64,000 nucleotides of DNA from Squalus acanthias (GCA_030390025.1 CM059431.1:99450001-99514000), one strand, 5' to 3'; shown: positions 1 through 11,962, numbered from the stretch's first letter. Numbers and translations: made by a program. The notes: a model not told the origin generated them from the sequence alone.

Positions 1-12
1 GTCTACAGTACT

Positions 13-480
13 GGGATTGGTAGCATTGTGGTTATGTTACTGGACTACCAATCCACAGTAAACGAGTTCAAATCCTGCCACGGCAGCTGGGGAATTTAAA
101 TTCGCTTACTTTTTCTTCCAGATTTAAAAAAAATGATCAGTAATGGTGGCCATGAAACTATCGGATTGTCGTAAAAACCCATCTGGTTCACTAATGTCCT
201 TTAGGGAAGGAAATCTGCTGTCCTTACCCGGTCTGGCCTATATGTGACTCCAGACCCACAGCAATGTGGTTGACTCTTAACTGCCCTCTGAGATGCCCTA
301 GCGAGACACTCAGTTGTAACAAACCGCTACGAAACACAATAATAAGAATAAAACCGGACGGACCACCACTGGCTTTGGACATGACAATGGCACATTGCAA
401 CGGCTCACCACCACCTTCTCGAGGGCAATAAATGCCCACCTTGCCAGCAACACCCACATCCCAGGAACAAACAAAAAAAA
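13..480 (+). mobile_element. tRNA-headed SINE with LINE-shared 3' tail
   Basis: A-box-like tggtagcattgtgg and B-box-like gagttcaaatcc (64-75). The 3' end gggcaataaatgc..cttgccagcaacacccacatccc plus A-run matches the tails of the LINE fragments at 34627-34990, 55450-55778 and 62150-63430. Confidence 0.75.
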
Positions 481-864
481 AGATAAATCCTTTCTGTGTA
501 ATATAACATTGACTGACCATTGTAAGGGCTGGGGATTGAATCCTGTGTTCATCTGAACTTGGAACCTTAAGACAGAAAAACGCCCCTATTTAGTTCTAAA
601 TAGGTTCAGTGGTTTGGATGTGCTTAAGTAAAAATCAAGGGCCAGTTCTGGCTATATAATGCTGGGAACTGTACCAAAAAGTGACAAAAATCAACATTTT
701 CTGGGGGGAGCACGTTCACAAATGCCCCCCCCCCCCCGCCCCACCCACCACCCCCCCACGGCCCCCCCGCCCCGCCCACTACCCACCCCACGGCCCCACC
801 CCCCGCCCCGCCCACCGCCCCACTGAAGTAGACGTTGCACCTTTACAGTCCACTTTCTCTTTCA

Positions 865-1112
865 ACAATTTTCATCGCTCCACCATTGCCGGCCGTGCCT
901 TCAGCTGCCTGGGCCCTAAGCTCTGGAATTCCCTCCCTAAACCTCTCCGGCTCTCTCTCCTCCTTTAAGACGCTCCTTAAAGCCTACCCTTTTCCTGTCC
1001 TAATATCTCCTTATGTGGCTCGATGTCAAATTTTGTTTGATAATCGATCCTGTGAAGCACCTTGGGATGTTTTACCACGTTAAAGGCGCTATATAAATGC
1101 AAGTTGCTGTTG
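865..1112 (+). mobile_element. L2-clade LINE 3' fragment
   Basis: Encodes STIAGRAFSCLGPKLWNSLP (ORF2 C-terminus) and ends aaggcgctatataaatgcaagttgctgttg; the same sequence recurs more than 10 times in the window. Confidence 0.8.
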
Positions 1113-1138
1113 TATCTGTATATGTATTTTTTTATTCT

Positions 1139-1390
1139 AAGAAGAGCAGGGGAGTTCTCCCCGGTGCCCTGGCCAATATTTACCCCTCAATCAACATCAC
1201 TAAAAACAGATTATCTGGTCATTATCACATTGCTGTTTGTGGGATCTTGCTGTGCACAAATTGGCTGCCGTGTTTCCTACATTACAGCAGTGACTACACT
1301 TCAAAAAAAATACTTAATTGGTTGTAAAGCACATTGGGACGTCCTGAGGTGGTGAAAGGCGCTGTAGAAATGCAAGTCTTTCTATCTTTT
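1139..1390 (+). mobile_element. DeuSINE (SacSINE1/AmnSINE1-like) 3' part
   Basis: aagaagagcaggggagttctccccggtg...cattatcacattgctgtttgtggga...aaaggcgctgtagaaatgcaagtcttt; matches the longer copy at 52570-53634. Confidence 0.75.
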
Positions 1391-1974
1391 TATTTTCAAT
1401 TCCATTGGTCAGAGGGCTGACTTTTATCGATTTATAGAATAGATTTATTTTGGAATGTGTCAGAGGTTTACATAAAGGCCTTTCCTCCATGGTATTCGTC
1501 CCACAGCTGTAGTACAAGAGGGTCTGTGAATCGAATCCCAAGTAATGATTGCTCCTCCGGATGACCTGGATTCCCCACTTTCAGTGTCTCTTGAAACACA
1601 AATCGACAGCTAAGTATTCAAAACATCCTTTCCAAATTACACGAGAGAAAGGAAAGCACAGCTCCAGTCAGGCTGCTTTGATTGTGATGGTGTTCAGTTG
1701 ATTGAAGATAATTGTCCATTAATGTAGATGCTACCTGTGTCATATCACCATTCTCAAAGAGTTGTTGTAGTCTGTTGTAGAGATCTTGTTCCCAACAATG
1801 TCAAACCTATAAGTTGCTTTTAAATGCTCTGTTCCAGTCCTGTTTTATGTTCCATATGTGATCCACAGTAAAGGAGGAAACTCCTCTATCTCTTTATCTT
1901 GCCAGACTCATGTTGTCTATGAAATATGGCTGTCATTCCTTCGCTTTATATTTGAATTAAAGGTCACTCTCCTA

Positions 1975-2437
1975 CTGTTCACCCATCACCCCCTGTGCTC
2001 GCTGACCTACATTGGCTCCCGGTCCGGCAACGCCTCAATTTAAAAATTCTCATCCTTGTTTTCAAATCCCTCCATGGCCTCGCCCCCTCCCTATCTCTGT
2101 AACCTCCTCCAGCCCTACAACCTTCCGAGATCTCTGCGCTCCTCCAATTCTGGCCTCTTGCACTTCCCTGATTTTAATCGCTCCACCATTGGCGGCCGTG
2201 CCTTCAGCTGCCTGGGCCCTGAGCTCTGGAATTCCCTCCCGAAACCTCTCCGCCTCTCTCTCCTCCTGTAAGACGCTCCTTAAAACTTAGCTCTTTGACC
2301 AAGCTTTTGGTCACTTGTCCTAATATCTCCTTGTGTGGCTCGGTGTCAAATTTTGTTTGAAAATCACTCCTGTGAAGCATCTTGGGATGTTTCACTGTGT
2401 TAAAGGTGCTATATAAATGCAAGCTTTTGTTGTTGTT
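1975..2437 (+). mobile_element. L2-clade LINE 3' fragment
   Basis: ITPVLADLHWLPV and GGRAFSCLGPELWNSLP coding remnants; (gtt)n tail. Confidence 0.85.
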
Positions 2438-2675
2438 TCAGTGGGTTAGGCGGTGAGCAACACAAGTACAGTACACAGGTCAGACAGTCCCAGAGTCAGT
2501 CCCATGTCTTTGCTGAATTAGGTGATTTCAGCCAGGGTGTAGATGGGGTTTGTTAGCTAGTTAGCCTCAGCGCCCTGATTAGGGTTGGAATCACAGTCAG
2601 GTTCCTTGTCCAGCGACCCATACCCACCAACATTTTAATACCATTTTATGCTCACACATGCTGCATTGAGTTACA

Positions 2676-3176
2676 TTGAGTCTACTGCACAGAAACAGGC
2701 CATTCGGACCCAACTGGTCCATGTTACTGCCCCACATGAGCCTCCTCTCACCTCTCTTCATCTCACCCCATCAGCATATCCTTCTATTCCTTTCTCCCTC
2801 ATGTGTTTATCTAGCTTCCCCTGATAAATGCATCTGTGCTATTCACCTCAACCACTCCCTGTGGTAGCGAGTTCCACATTCTCACCACTCTCTGGGTAAA
2901 GAAGTTTCTCCTGAATTCCCTATTGGATTTATTAGTGACTATCTTATATTTATGGCCCCTAGTTTTGGACTCCCCCACAAGTGGAAACGTCTTCTCTGTG
3001 TCTACCCTATCAAACCCCTTCATAATTTTAAAGACCTCTATCAGGTCACCCCTCAGCCTTCTCTTTTCTAGAGAAAAGAGCCCCAGCCTGTTCAGTCTTT
3101 CCCGATGGTTATACCCTCTCAGTTCTGGTATCATCATGCTAAATCTTTTTTGCACTTTCTCCAGTGCCTCTTTATC
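2676..3176 (-). mobile_element. CR1 LINE 3' fragment
   Basis: ORF 2811-3182: LEKVQKRF...LGLFSLEKRRLRGDLIEVFKIMKG...FFTQRVVRMWNSLP, the CR1 ORF2 C-terminus. Confidence 0.9.
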
Positions 3177-3447
3177 CATCAATATGCTCTAAAGGCATAT
3201 TGAGCTAAGGTTACACTCTCTCTTGCTCCATGTTTGTAGGAACATTACTAAGTGTATAGGGAATTCAAAACTGAGATTGATAGATTTCTGTGAGGTATGG
3301 CTATTAAGGGATATGGAATCAAGATGATTAAATGGAGATAGGATACAGATCAACCATGATCTAATTGAATGGCAGAACAGGCTCGAGGGGCTGAATGGCC
3401 TCCTCCTGTCCAATATCAGTTTTGAAATTTTCAATTGGCCCCCCAGC

Positions 3448-3812
3448 CAATGTTCCCTTCAGGCTGCGCAGCCACGCCGCGCTCTGAAGGTCCCGCACAG
3501 CCACGCCACGCTCTGAAGGTCCCGCGCAGCCACGCCGCGCTCTGAAGGTCCCACGCAGCCACGCCGCGCTCTGAAGGTCCCGCGCAACCACGCCACGCTC
3601 TGAAGGTCCTGTGCAGCCATGCCACGCTCTGAAGGTCCCGCGCAACCATGCCACGCTCTGAAGGTCCCGTGCAACCACGTCGCGCTCTGAAGGTCCCGCG
3701 CAACCACGCCGCGCTCTGAAGGTCCCGCGCAGCCAGTGACCCAGCTTTTAAGTAGAAAAACTGAGCATGTTAAAGAGGCCCCGCGGGCCAAAAAAAATTA
3801 GAGGGCACATTG
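3448..3812. mobile_element. Non-autonomous DNA transposon (hAT-like MITE) with internal 29-bp tandem repeat
   Basis: TIR caatgttccct / agggcacattg (1 mismatch); imperfect cccccag duplication in the flanks. Confidence 0.6.
3467..3735. repeat. 29-bp GC-rich minisatellite, about 9 copies
   Basis: Unit gcagccacgccgcgctctgaaggtcccgc with CpG-type variants. Confidence 0.95.
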
Positions 3813-4792
3813 CGCCCCCCCAGGCCTCAACAGGTTTTTGGGGCAGAGAGTTCCAGATTTCCACCACCCTTTGTGTGAAGAAGTGCTTCCTGACATCACC
3901 CCTGAACGGCCTGGCTCTAATTTTAAGGTGATGCCCCCTTGTTCTGGACTCCCCCCACCAGAGGAAATAGTTTCTCTCTCTCTCCCCCATCAACTCCTTC
4001 AATCATCTTAAACACCTCGATTAGATCACCCCTTAATCTTCTACACTCGAGGGTATACAGGCCTAGTCTGTGCAACCTGTCCTCGTAATTTAACCCTTTT
4101 AGCCCCGGTATCATTCTGGTGAATCTGCGGCAGGAGCCCAGAGAATATTGAACGGCCCCAGTACCTGAACCTATCTTTCTCTTTGGGACACCGAGTGATC
4201 TTGGGCGCATTTCAATGTTTTATTTCAAATGATGGGCCCTTGAGGTTCTTTTTGTCCCCACAGACCCACCTCGATGGGTTTTGCAAAGCCGCCGATTTTC
4301 GGTGAAATATGGTGCACTTGAACAGATGTCCAACATTGTGAAAAAAACGTCCATTTGACTATAAATGGGTTTTTTCGCATTTACCCTGACAAGATGGAAG
4401 TCCTGTTATAGAAGTTATTAACAGGAACTGACAGCAGGGTCATCAGATACTTTGTACGGCCCTTACTATTGTGAAGGGACTGAGAGGAGACGGTAGATTA
4501 CTGCTAATTACTTTTATAATTGGATCTTACACAGACTTTCTTAAAGCAGTGTGATCAGGGAAAAGAAGTCACCACAGTGAGACTGTCCTGATTTCTGTTC
4601 TTTAACCAGCCACCTGTAGTAAGCAGTTGCTTTTCTGTGCTGTTTCTTTCAGTCCTAAGTTTTCTGTTTTAAAGGGGCACTGCCTATAAGGAAGAGAGTG
4701 GTGACAAACCTTTCCTGCTCGGAGAAAACCCGAGGACTGTTGTGTTGTTTTATCACGATGATGTCACACACACACGCACTTGGATGCAATTA

Positions 4793-5432
4793 ACAACAAC
4801 AGCCCGTGTTTATATAGCGACTTTAACGCAATAAAACCTCCCGAGGGGCTTCACATGAGCGATTACCAAACAAAATTTCACACCGAGCCGCATAAGGAGA
4901 TATTACACCAGGGACCCGGGTTCGAATCCGGCCTCGGGTGACTGTCTGTGTGGAGTTTGCACATTCTCCCCGTGTCTGCGTGGGTTTCCTCCGGGTGCTC
5001 CGGTTTCCTCCCACAGTCCAAAGATGTGCGGGTTAGGTTGATTTGGCTACGATAAATTGACCCTTAGTGTTATGGGGGATTAAATACGTGGGGTTACGGG
5101 GATAGGGTGGGATATGTGTCGGTGCAGGCTCGATGGGCCGAAATGGCCTCTATCTGCACTGTGGGGATTCTGTGATTCTGTGATATTAGGACAGGTAAAG
5201 AGGCAGGTTTTAAGGAGCGTCTGATAGGAGGAGAGGGAGGAGGAGAGGTTTAGGAACGGAATTCCAGAGCTTAGGGCCCAGGTAGCTGAAGGCACGGCCG
5301 CCAATAGTGGAGCGATGGAAATCGGGGATGCGCAAGAGGCCAGAATTGGAGGAGCGCAGAGATCTCGGAGGGTTGCAGGGCTGGAGGAGGTTACAGAGAT
5401 AGGGAGGGGCGAGGGTCATGGAGGGATTTGAG
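4793..5432 (-). mobile_element. L2-clade LINE 3' fragment (host of a V-SINE)
   Basis: STIGGRAFSYLGPKLWNS on the minus strand; (aac)n tail at 4793. Confidence 0.8.
4906..5181 (+). mobile_element. V-SINE (HE1-like), 5'-truncated
   Basis: B box gggttcgaatcc; V-domain tgtgtggagtttgcacattctccccgtgtctgcgtgggtttcctccgggtgctccggtttcctcccacagtccaaaga; CR1-like tail; gatatta duplicated at 4899-4905 and 5182-5188. Confidence 0.85.
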
Positions 5433-5459
5433 TGTCTAGCTAATATTCATTGATATCTG

Positions 5460-5617
5460 AGCCAACGTTTCAGGTCGATGACCCTTCGTCAGACGAAGGG
5501 TCATTGACCTGAAATGTTAACTCTGTTTCTCTCTCCACAGATGCTGCCTGACCTGCTGAGTATTTCCAGATTTTCTGTTTTTTTCAGATTTCCAGCATCT
5601 GCAGTATTTTGCTTTTG
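5460..5617 (+). mobile_element. Penelope-derived mini-element (pLTR 3' end) with inverted hammerhead head
   Basis: Matches the pLTR end of the Penelope copy at 50740-50876; 55-bp palindrome at 5464-5518; 16-bp TSD tattYattgatatctg at 5444-5459 and 5618-5633. Confidence 0.8.
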
Positions 5618-6282
5618 TATTTATTGATATCTGCTGGCTTGATTGCCTGATAAAGATTCACTTTGACTTCCGGAGGAGGCATGCAAGGCAGGTGGACCTG
5701 CACCTTAGACCTCGGCAGCTGAAGGCACGGCCGCCAATGGTGTCGCGATGGAAATCGGGGATGCGCAAGAGGCTCAGGAAAGAGCTGCCTTTATGCAGCA
5801 ACCCATGCGTGCTTGCCAAGGCAATTGTACCTTAATATGTCTGAGAGATTCTGCATGCAGATATTGCGATTTCCCCAAGGAGGCTGTTGCTTTATCTGGG
5901 ACTTTTAAACCATCTTATCCTAGATAATTTCAGTTCTTTCATTTTGGATTACTCTCCTGGGTGAGTCCCAAATCCCCAAACAATTGAAAATGTCTGTCCT
6001 TGCCTTGTGCTCCAGATAAACTGTTGGTATCGTGCCCAGCAAGTGAACAGTAAACTCTGTTATTGTATCTGCTGTTAGGTGCTGGATTAATTTATGTCTC
6101 CATAAGATTTAAACTTCCCTGTTTGAAAGCAGAGATCATTAGATCTCATCTTGAAAATATGAAGTGTTAAATAATGAACAAGCAAGTTATCTAACAGTGA
6201 TATAATACATTATATAGAACCAGCAAAGCCTGATTTGCCGCATCTGCCAAGATTTGGCCAGCCAACCTTCATAAATTCACTG

Positions 6283-6848
6283 GGTTAGGCCTCAGCTGGA
6301 GTATTGTGTCCAATTCTGGGCACCGCACTTTAGGAAGGATGTCAAGGCCTTGGAGAGGGTGCAGAGGAGATTTACTAGAAAGGTACCAGGGATGAGGGAC
6401 TTCAGTTACACGGAGAGACTGGAGAAGCTGGGGTTGTTTTCTTTAGAGCAGAGAAGGTTAAGGGGAGATTTAATAGAGGTGTTCAAAATCATGAAGGGTT
6501 TTGATAGAGTAAATAGGGAGACACTGTTTCCACTGGCAGGAGGGTCGGTAACAAAAGGACACAGATTTAAAGTAATTGGCAAAAGAACCAGAGGGGAGAT
6601 GAGAAGAATTTTCTTTATGCAGCGAGTTGTTGTGATCCGGAATGCGCTGCCTGAAAGGGCGGTGGAAGCAGATTCAATAGTAACTTTCAAAAGGAAATTG
6701 GATAAATACTGGAAAAGGAAAAATTTGCAGGGCTCTGGGGAAAGAGCAAGGGGGGGAGTGGGACTAATTGGAGAGAATCTTTCAAAGAGCCGGCACAGGC
6801 ACGATGGGCCGAATGGCCTCCTTCTGTGCTGTGTCATTCTATGATTCT
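6283..6848 (+). mobile_element. CR1 LINE 3' fragment
   Basis: ORF 6350-6844 ERVQRRFT...LGLFSLEQRRLRGDLIEVFK; attctatgattct tail. Confidence 0.9.
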
Positions 6849-6922
6849 CTGACCAAATTTGCCGGCATTGCAGCACGTACCTGGCAACAGTTGTAAGGAC
6901 GTGCCTTCACAGGGTCTAGGTC

Positions 6923-7790
6923 ATAAGAACGTAAAAAATAGGAGCAGAAGTAGGTCGTAGGGCCCCTCGAGCCTGCTCCGCCATTCAATAAGATCATGGC
7001 TGATCTTCGACATCCACTTTCCTGCACTATCTCCATATCCTTTCATCCCCTGTGCTCGCTGACCTACATTGGCTCCCGGTTAAGCAGCGCCTCGATTTCA
7101 AAATTCTCATCCTTGTTTTCAAATCCCTCCATGGCCTCGACCCTCCCTATCTCTGTAATCTCCTCCAGCCCCACAACCCCCCCGAGATATCTGCGCTCCT
7201 CTAATTCTGCCCTCTTGAGCATCCCTGATTATAATCGTTCAATCATCGGTGGCCGTGCCTTCAGCTGCCTGGGCCCTAAGCTCTGGAATTCCCTCCCTAA
7301 ACCTCTCCGCCTCGCTACCTCTCTTTCCTCCTTTAAGACGCTCCTTAAAACCTACCTCTTTGACCAAGCTCTTGGTCACCTGTCCTAATTTCTCCTTCTG
7401 TGGCTCGGTGTCAAATTTTTTGTTTTATGACACTCCTGTGAAGCGCCTTGGGACGTTTTACTGTGATAAAGACGCTATAAAAATACAAGTTGTTGTTGTA
7501 GTGTCCAAAAATCGATCGATCTCAGCCTTGAATATACTCAATGACTGAGCCTCCACAGCCCTCTGGGGTAGAGAATTCCAAAGATTCACCACCCTCTGAG
7601 TGAAGAAATTCCTCCTCATCTCAGTCCTAAATGGACCCCTCAGACCCCCTTATCATGAGACTGTGACCCCTGGTTCTAGACTCCCCAGCCAGGGGGAAAC
7701 ATCCTCCCTGCATCTACCCTGTCCAGCCCTGTAAGAATTTTATATGTTTCAATGAGATCACCTCTCATTCTTCTAAACTCCAGAGAGTAT
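6923..7790 (-). mobile_element. CR1 3' fragment interrupted by an L2 fragment (about 7045-7500, + strand)
   Basis: YSLEFRRMRGDLIETYKILTGLDRVD on minus; L2 GGRAFSCLGPKLWNSLP...FKTLLKTYLF on plus. Confidence 0.8.
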
Positions 7791-8429
7791 TGGTCAACAG
7801 AGAGCCAGACACACAGCCATGCCATCTGTAGTAAAGGGCATCTGCTGCGAACATGCACCATAGGGCTGGCAGAGCCAGTGACAGAACCAGTCAGCTGTGG
7901 CCTCAAGACAGCACCTGGGGCTACTCTTCCCTTTATTGCTTTTTTGTCACTTCTTAAGTACCTGCCCCTTTAATACAACTGGATAAAAAAATCGATGGGT
8001 TTGGTTACGGGGTATGAAATCCTCCTTGCCTGACTTTTAATTTTCCCCGTTTGTGCTTCACCCAGGCGACTATTTACAGTCAAGCGCAGGAGAGTAAAGC
8101 TTTCCCCACGGTCTCTGTTTAACACATTGCATCTGTCTTTTCAGATGCTGACAGGCCAGCTCTGCCTTGCAAACATGTTCTGTTCTGTTATTCCCACCTC
8201 CGAAATGTCCCTCCGTTATCCGATTCGTCTTCATAAATGTGGGTTGGCCTGTGCAGTCACACTGCGCGCCGGGGAATGATACAGGGGGTGGGTGGGGCTA
8301 CTGCGGCCTCCCACGTGCTGTAAAGTAGTCGATTACCATTCCTGCAGAATAAATCGGATCGACAGGACGTGGCCCTGGGGGGAGTGTAAAGCGGTGGATT
8401 TCCCCGGCCTCGCCCTGCCCCCCAAGGCG

Positions 8430-8778
8430 AGAGGCTGCCAACTCTGGGTTGATGAATTCCTGGAGGGTTCATCACATGACCTGTTGCCTCCAACGCCCCC
8501 GTCCCCACACTCCCGCCATTGGTCGCGCTTCCCGCGGCCAATCAGAGAGCGAATAGACTCTTCATTACCTGATTGGATGAATCTTGACTGTCAGTCAAGT
8601 GTCCATTTTTCCCCCATCACCAATGTTTTTATAATAAATGCAAGTGTTGAAAGAAAATGAAAAGAAAACCAATTTTTGTTGACACCCGTATGGTTTTCCT
8701 CCCGGGGATTTTGCTGGCGGCAGTGCCCTGGAGATTAATCTTCAATTCCTGGACAATCCCGGAGGGTTGGTGACCCTC
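8430..8778. mobile_element. Non-autonomous DNA element (hAT-like termini), copy 1
   Basis: Ends agaggctgccaac ... gttggtgaccct; colinear with 23618-24016. Confidence 0.6.
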
Positions 8779-8919
8779 GCCCCGATGCTCAAAGTATCTG
8801 GCAGAGCCTCGCGATGGATAACAGAGAAGGAAAATGGAAGGGAAGAAGCTGTCATTATAAAGGGAAAGAGTGGTGTTGTGTACAAGCCATTGTAAGACCT
8901 GCAGCTTAGATACTGCATA

Positions 8920-9210
8920 CATCGAATGTACAGTACAGGAACAGGCCATTCGGCCCCACTGGTCCGTGCCGGTGTTTCTGCTCCACACCAGCCTCCTCCC
9001 ACCCCTCTTCATCTCACCCTATCAACATAACCTTCTATTCCTTTCTCCCTCATGTGCGTGTCTAGCCTCCCCTCAAATATATCTACGTTATTCGCCTCAA
9101 CCACTCCCTGTGGCAGCGAGTTCCCCATTCTCACCACTCTCTGGTAAAGAAGTTTCTCCTGAATTCCCTCTTGGATTTACTGGTGACTATCTTATATTGA
9201 TGGCCCCTCG
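8920..9210 (-). mobile_element. CR1 3' end/UTR fragment
   Basis: Same subfamily as 2676-2960. Confidence 0.8.
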
Positions 9211-9870
9211 TTTCTTATTTATTTACTCTTGTTATTTTACATGCGGTGAATTCCTGGCTGCACTTCTAATGATTGTGTCTACTGCTGTATGTGTGACTCA
9301 ATCACCGACCTCCTTGAAGGACGTCATTAAAAAATGTTCTCTTGTTAAGTCATTAAATAATTGATGACTCCAATAAACCTCCCTCTTCAGTCCAAAGTGG
9401 AGCTGATTACATTGAGGATAATAATGGCGTATGATTTTGTCAGGGTTTGGTAATGACTAGCATCTGTGCGATACCTCGTGCCACACATGTACCCAGGTTC
9501 CGCTGCAATTAATCTTGTTACGTGGTAAGGGCTCTTGTATAAATGACAGTCTGCAACGTGCAGCTGCTGATTAACCTGTGACAGCTCTTCTCCGACAGAA
9601 GGCTGTTGTAGTGTATTGATTGCACAGCGTGATATAATTTTAAAAAGCAAGTGACGGATTATCTGGAAAACAACTTTGTTAAGATGTAAAGAATCATCAC
9701 GAAGATATATCTCTACCTTTTTGGATAATTACATTTTGTTTCTAGTTTCTACGAACATCTGAAGGTTTTTAAGAAACAATTTAGGACAGCACTGAGTGCT
9801 AAACTACCGCTGAAAACTACCTTGTGCCCCTGTCATGTGATTCTCTGCACCTTCAGGTCAAATGTGACAA

Positions 9871-11443
9871 TGGTTAGACCACACTGGGAGCGCCGTGCAC
9901 AGTCCTGGTCTCCATATACCTCGGTTAGACCACACTGGGAGCGCAGTTCACAGTCCTGGTCTCCATATACCTCGGTTAGACCACACTGGAGCGCTGTGCA
10001 CAGTTCTGGTCTCCATATACCTCGGTTAGACCACACTTGGAGCACTGTGCACAGTTCTGGTCTCCATATACCTTGGTTAGACCACACTGGGAGCGCTGTG
10101 CACAGTTCTGGTCTCCATATACCTTGGTTAGACCACACTGGGAGCGCTGTGCACAGTTCTGGTCTCCATATACCTTGGTTAGACCACACTTGGAGCACTG
10201 TGCACAGTCCTGGTCTCCATATACCTTGGTCAGACCACACTGGGAGCACTGTGCACAGTCCTGGTTGCCATATACCTTGGTCAGACCACACCTGGAGCAC
10301 TGTGCACAGTTCTGGATCCATATACCTCGGTTAGACCACACTGGGAGCACTGTGCACAGTCCTAGTCGCCATATACCTTGTTTAGACTACACCTGGAGCA
10401 CTGTGCACAGTTCTGGATCCATATACCTTGGTTACACCACACTTGGAAAACTGTGCACCGTTCTGGTCTCCATATACCTTGGTTAGACCACACTTGCAGC
10501 AATGTGCTCAGTCCTGGTCTCCATATACCTTGGTTAGACTACACTTGGACCACTGTGCACAGTTCTGGTCTCCATATACCTCGGTTAGACCACACTTGGA
10601 GCACTGTGCACAGTCCTGGTCCCCATATACCTTGGTTACACCACACTTGGAGAACTGTGCACCGTTCTGGTCTCCATATACCTTGGTTAGACCACACTTG
10701 GAGCACTGTGCACCGTCCTGGTCCCCATATACCTTGGTTAGACCACACTTGGAGCACTGTGCACAGTCCTGGTCTCCATATACCTTGGTCAGACCACACT
10801 TGGAGCACTGTGCACCGTTCTGGTCTCCATATACCTTGGTTAGACCACACTTGGAGCATTGTGCACAGCCCTGGTCTCCATATACCTTGGTCAGACCACA
10901 CTTGGAGCACTGTGCACAGTCCTGGTCTACATATACCTCGGTTAGACTACACTTGGCGCACACTGCACAGTCCCGGTCTCCATATACCTCGGTTAGACCA
11001 CACTTGGAGCACTATGCACAGTTCTGGTCTCCATATACCTTTGTCAGACCACACTTGGAGCACTGTGCACATTCCTGGTCTCCATATACCTTGGTTACAC
11101 CACACTTGGAGAACTGTGCATCATTCTGGTCTCCATATACCTTGGTCAGACCACACTTGGAGCACTGTGCTTAGTCCTGGTCTCCATATACCTTTGTCAG
11201 ACCACACTTGGAGCACTGTGCACAGTCCTGGTCTCCATATACCTTGGTCAGACCACACTTGCAGCACTGTGCACCGTTCTGGTCTCCATATATCTTGGTC
11301 AGACCACACTTGGAGCACTGTGCACAGTCCTGGTCTCTATATACCTTGGTTAGACCACACGTGGAGCACTGTGCACAGTCCTGATCTCCATATACCTTGG
11401 TCAGACCACACTTGGAGCACTGTGCTCAGTTCTGGTCTCCATA
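9871..11443 (+). repeat. 51-bp tandem array (about 31 copies) derived from CR1 ORF2
   Basis: Unit ccttggttagaccacacttggagcactgtgcacagttctggtctccatata encodes TLVRPHLEHCAQFWSPY, the CR1 LVRPHLEYCVQFWSPY motif; runs directly into the CR1 3' end. Confidence 0.95.
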
Positions 11444-11962
11444 TTACAAAAAGGATACAGAGGCACTTGAGAAGGTGCAGAAAAAATTTACAAGGATGAT
11501 ACCAGAACTGAGAGGTCTAACTATCAGGAAAGATGGAACAGGCTGGGGCTCATTTCTCTAGAAAAGAGAAGGCTGAGGGATGAACTGATAGAGCTCATTA
11601 AAATTCTGAAGGGGTTCGATAGGGTAGAGGTAGAGAAGATGTTTCCACTTGTGGGGGAGACTAAAACTAGGGGCCATCAATATGAGATAGTCACTAATAA
11701 ATCCAATAGGGAATTCAGGAGAAACTTCTTTACCCAGAGAGTGGTTAGAATGTTAAACTTGCTACCACAGGGAGTGGTTGAGGCGAATAGTATAGATGCA
11801 TTTAAGGAGAAGCTGGATAAACACATGATGGAGAAAGGAATAGAAGGAGATGCTGATCGGGTGAGATGAAGTAGAGAGGCAGGCGACTCATGTGGAGCAT
11901 AAGCACCGGCACGGACCAGTTGGGCCAAATGACCTGTTTCTGTGCTGTAGACGCGATGTAAT
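11444..11962 (+). mobile_element. CR1 LINE 3' fragment continuing from the 51-bp array
   Basis: ALEKVQKKFTRMIPEL ... FFTQRVVRMLNLLPQGVVEANSIDAFKEKLDKHM. Confidence 0.9.

Larger units (their letters stand above)
3414..4130 (-). mobile_element. CR1 LINE 3' fragment interrupted by a small DNA element
   Basis: RRFTRMIPGLKGLNYEDRLHRLGLYTLECRRLRGDLIEVFK and [14 protein letters not shown]; host sequence resumes after 3812. Confidence 0.85.

Noticed and set aside
13..90. Functional tRNA gene
   Set aside because: Only A/B-box-like remnants are present, continuing into a SINE body; there is no complete cloverleaf.
9822..11499. Long Cys/His-rich repeat ORFs (up to 373 aa) as a novel metal-binding protein
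   Set aside because: They are translations of a CR1-derived 51-bp array, open on both strands and broken by 1-bp indels; there is no promoter or splice evidence.
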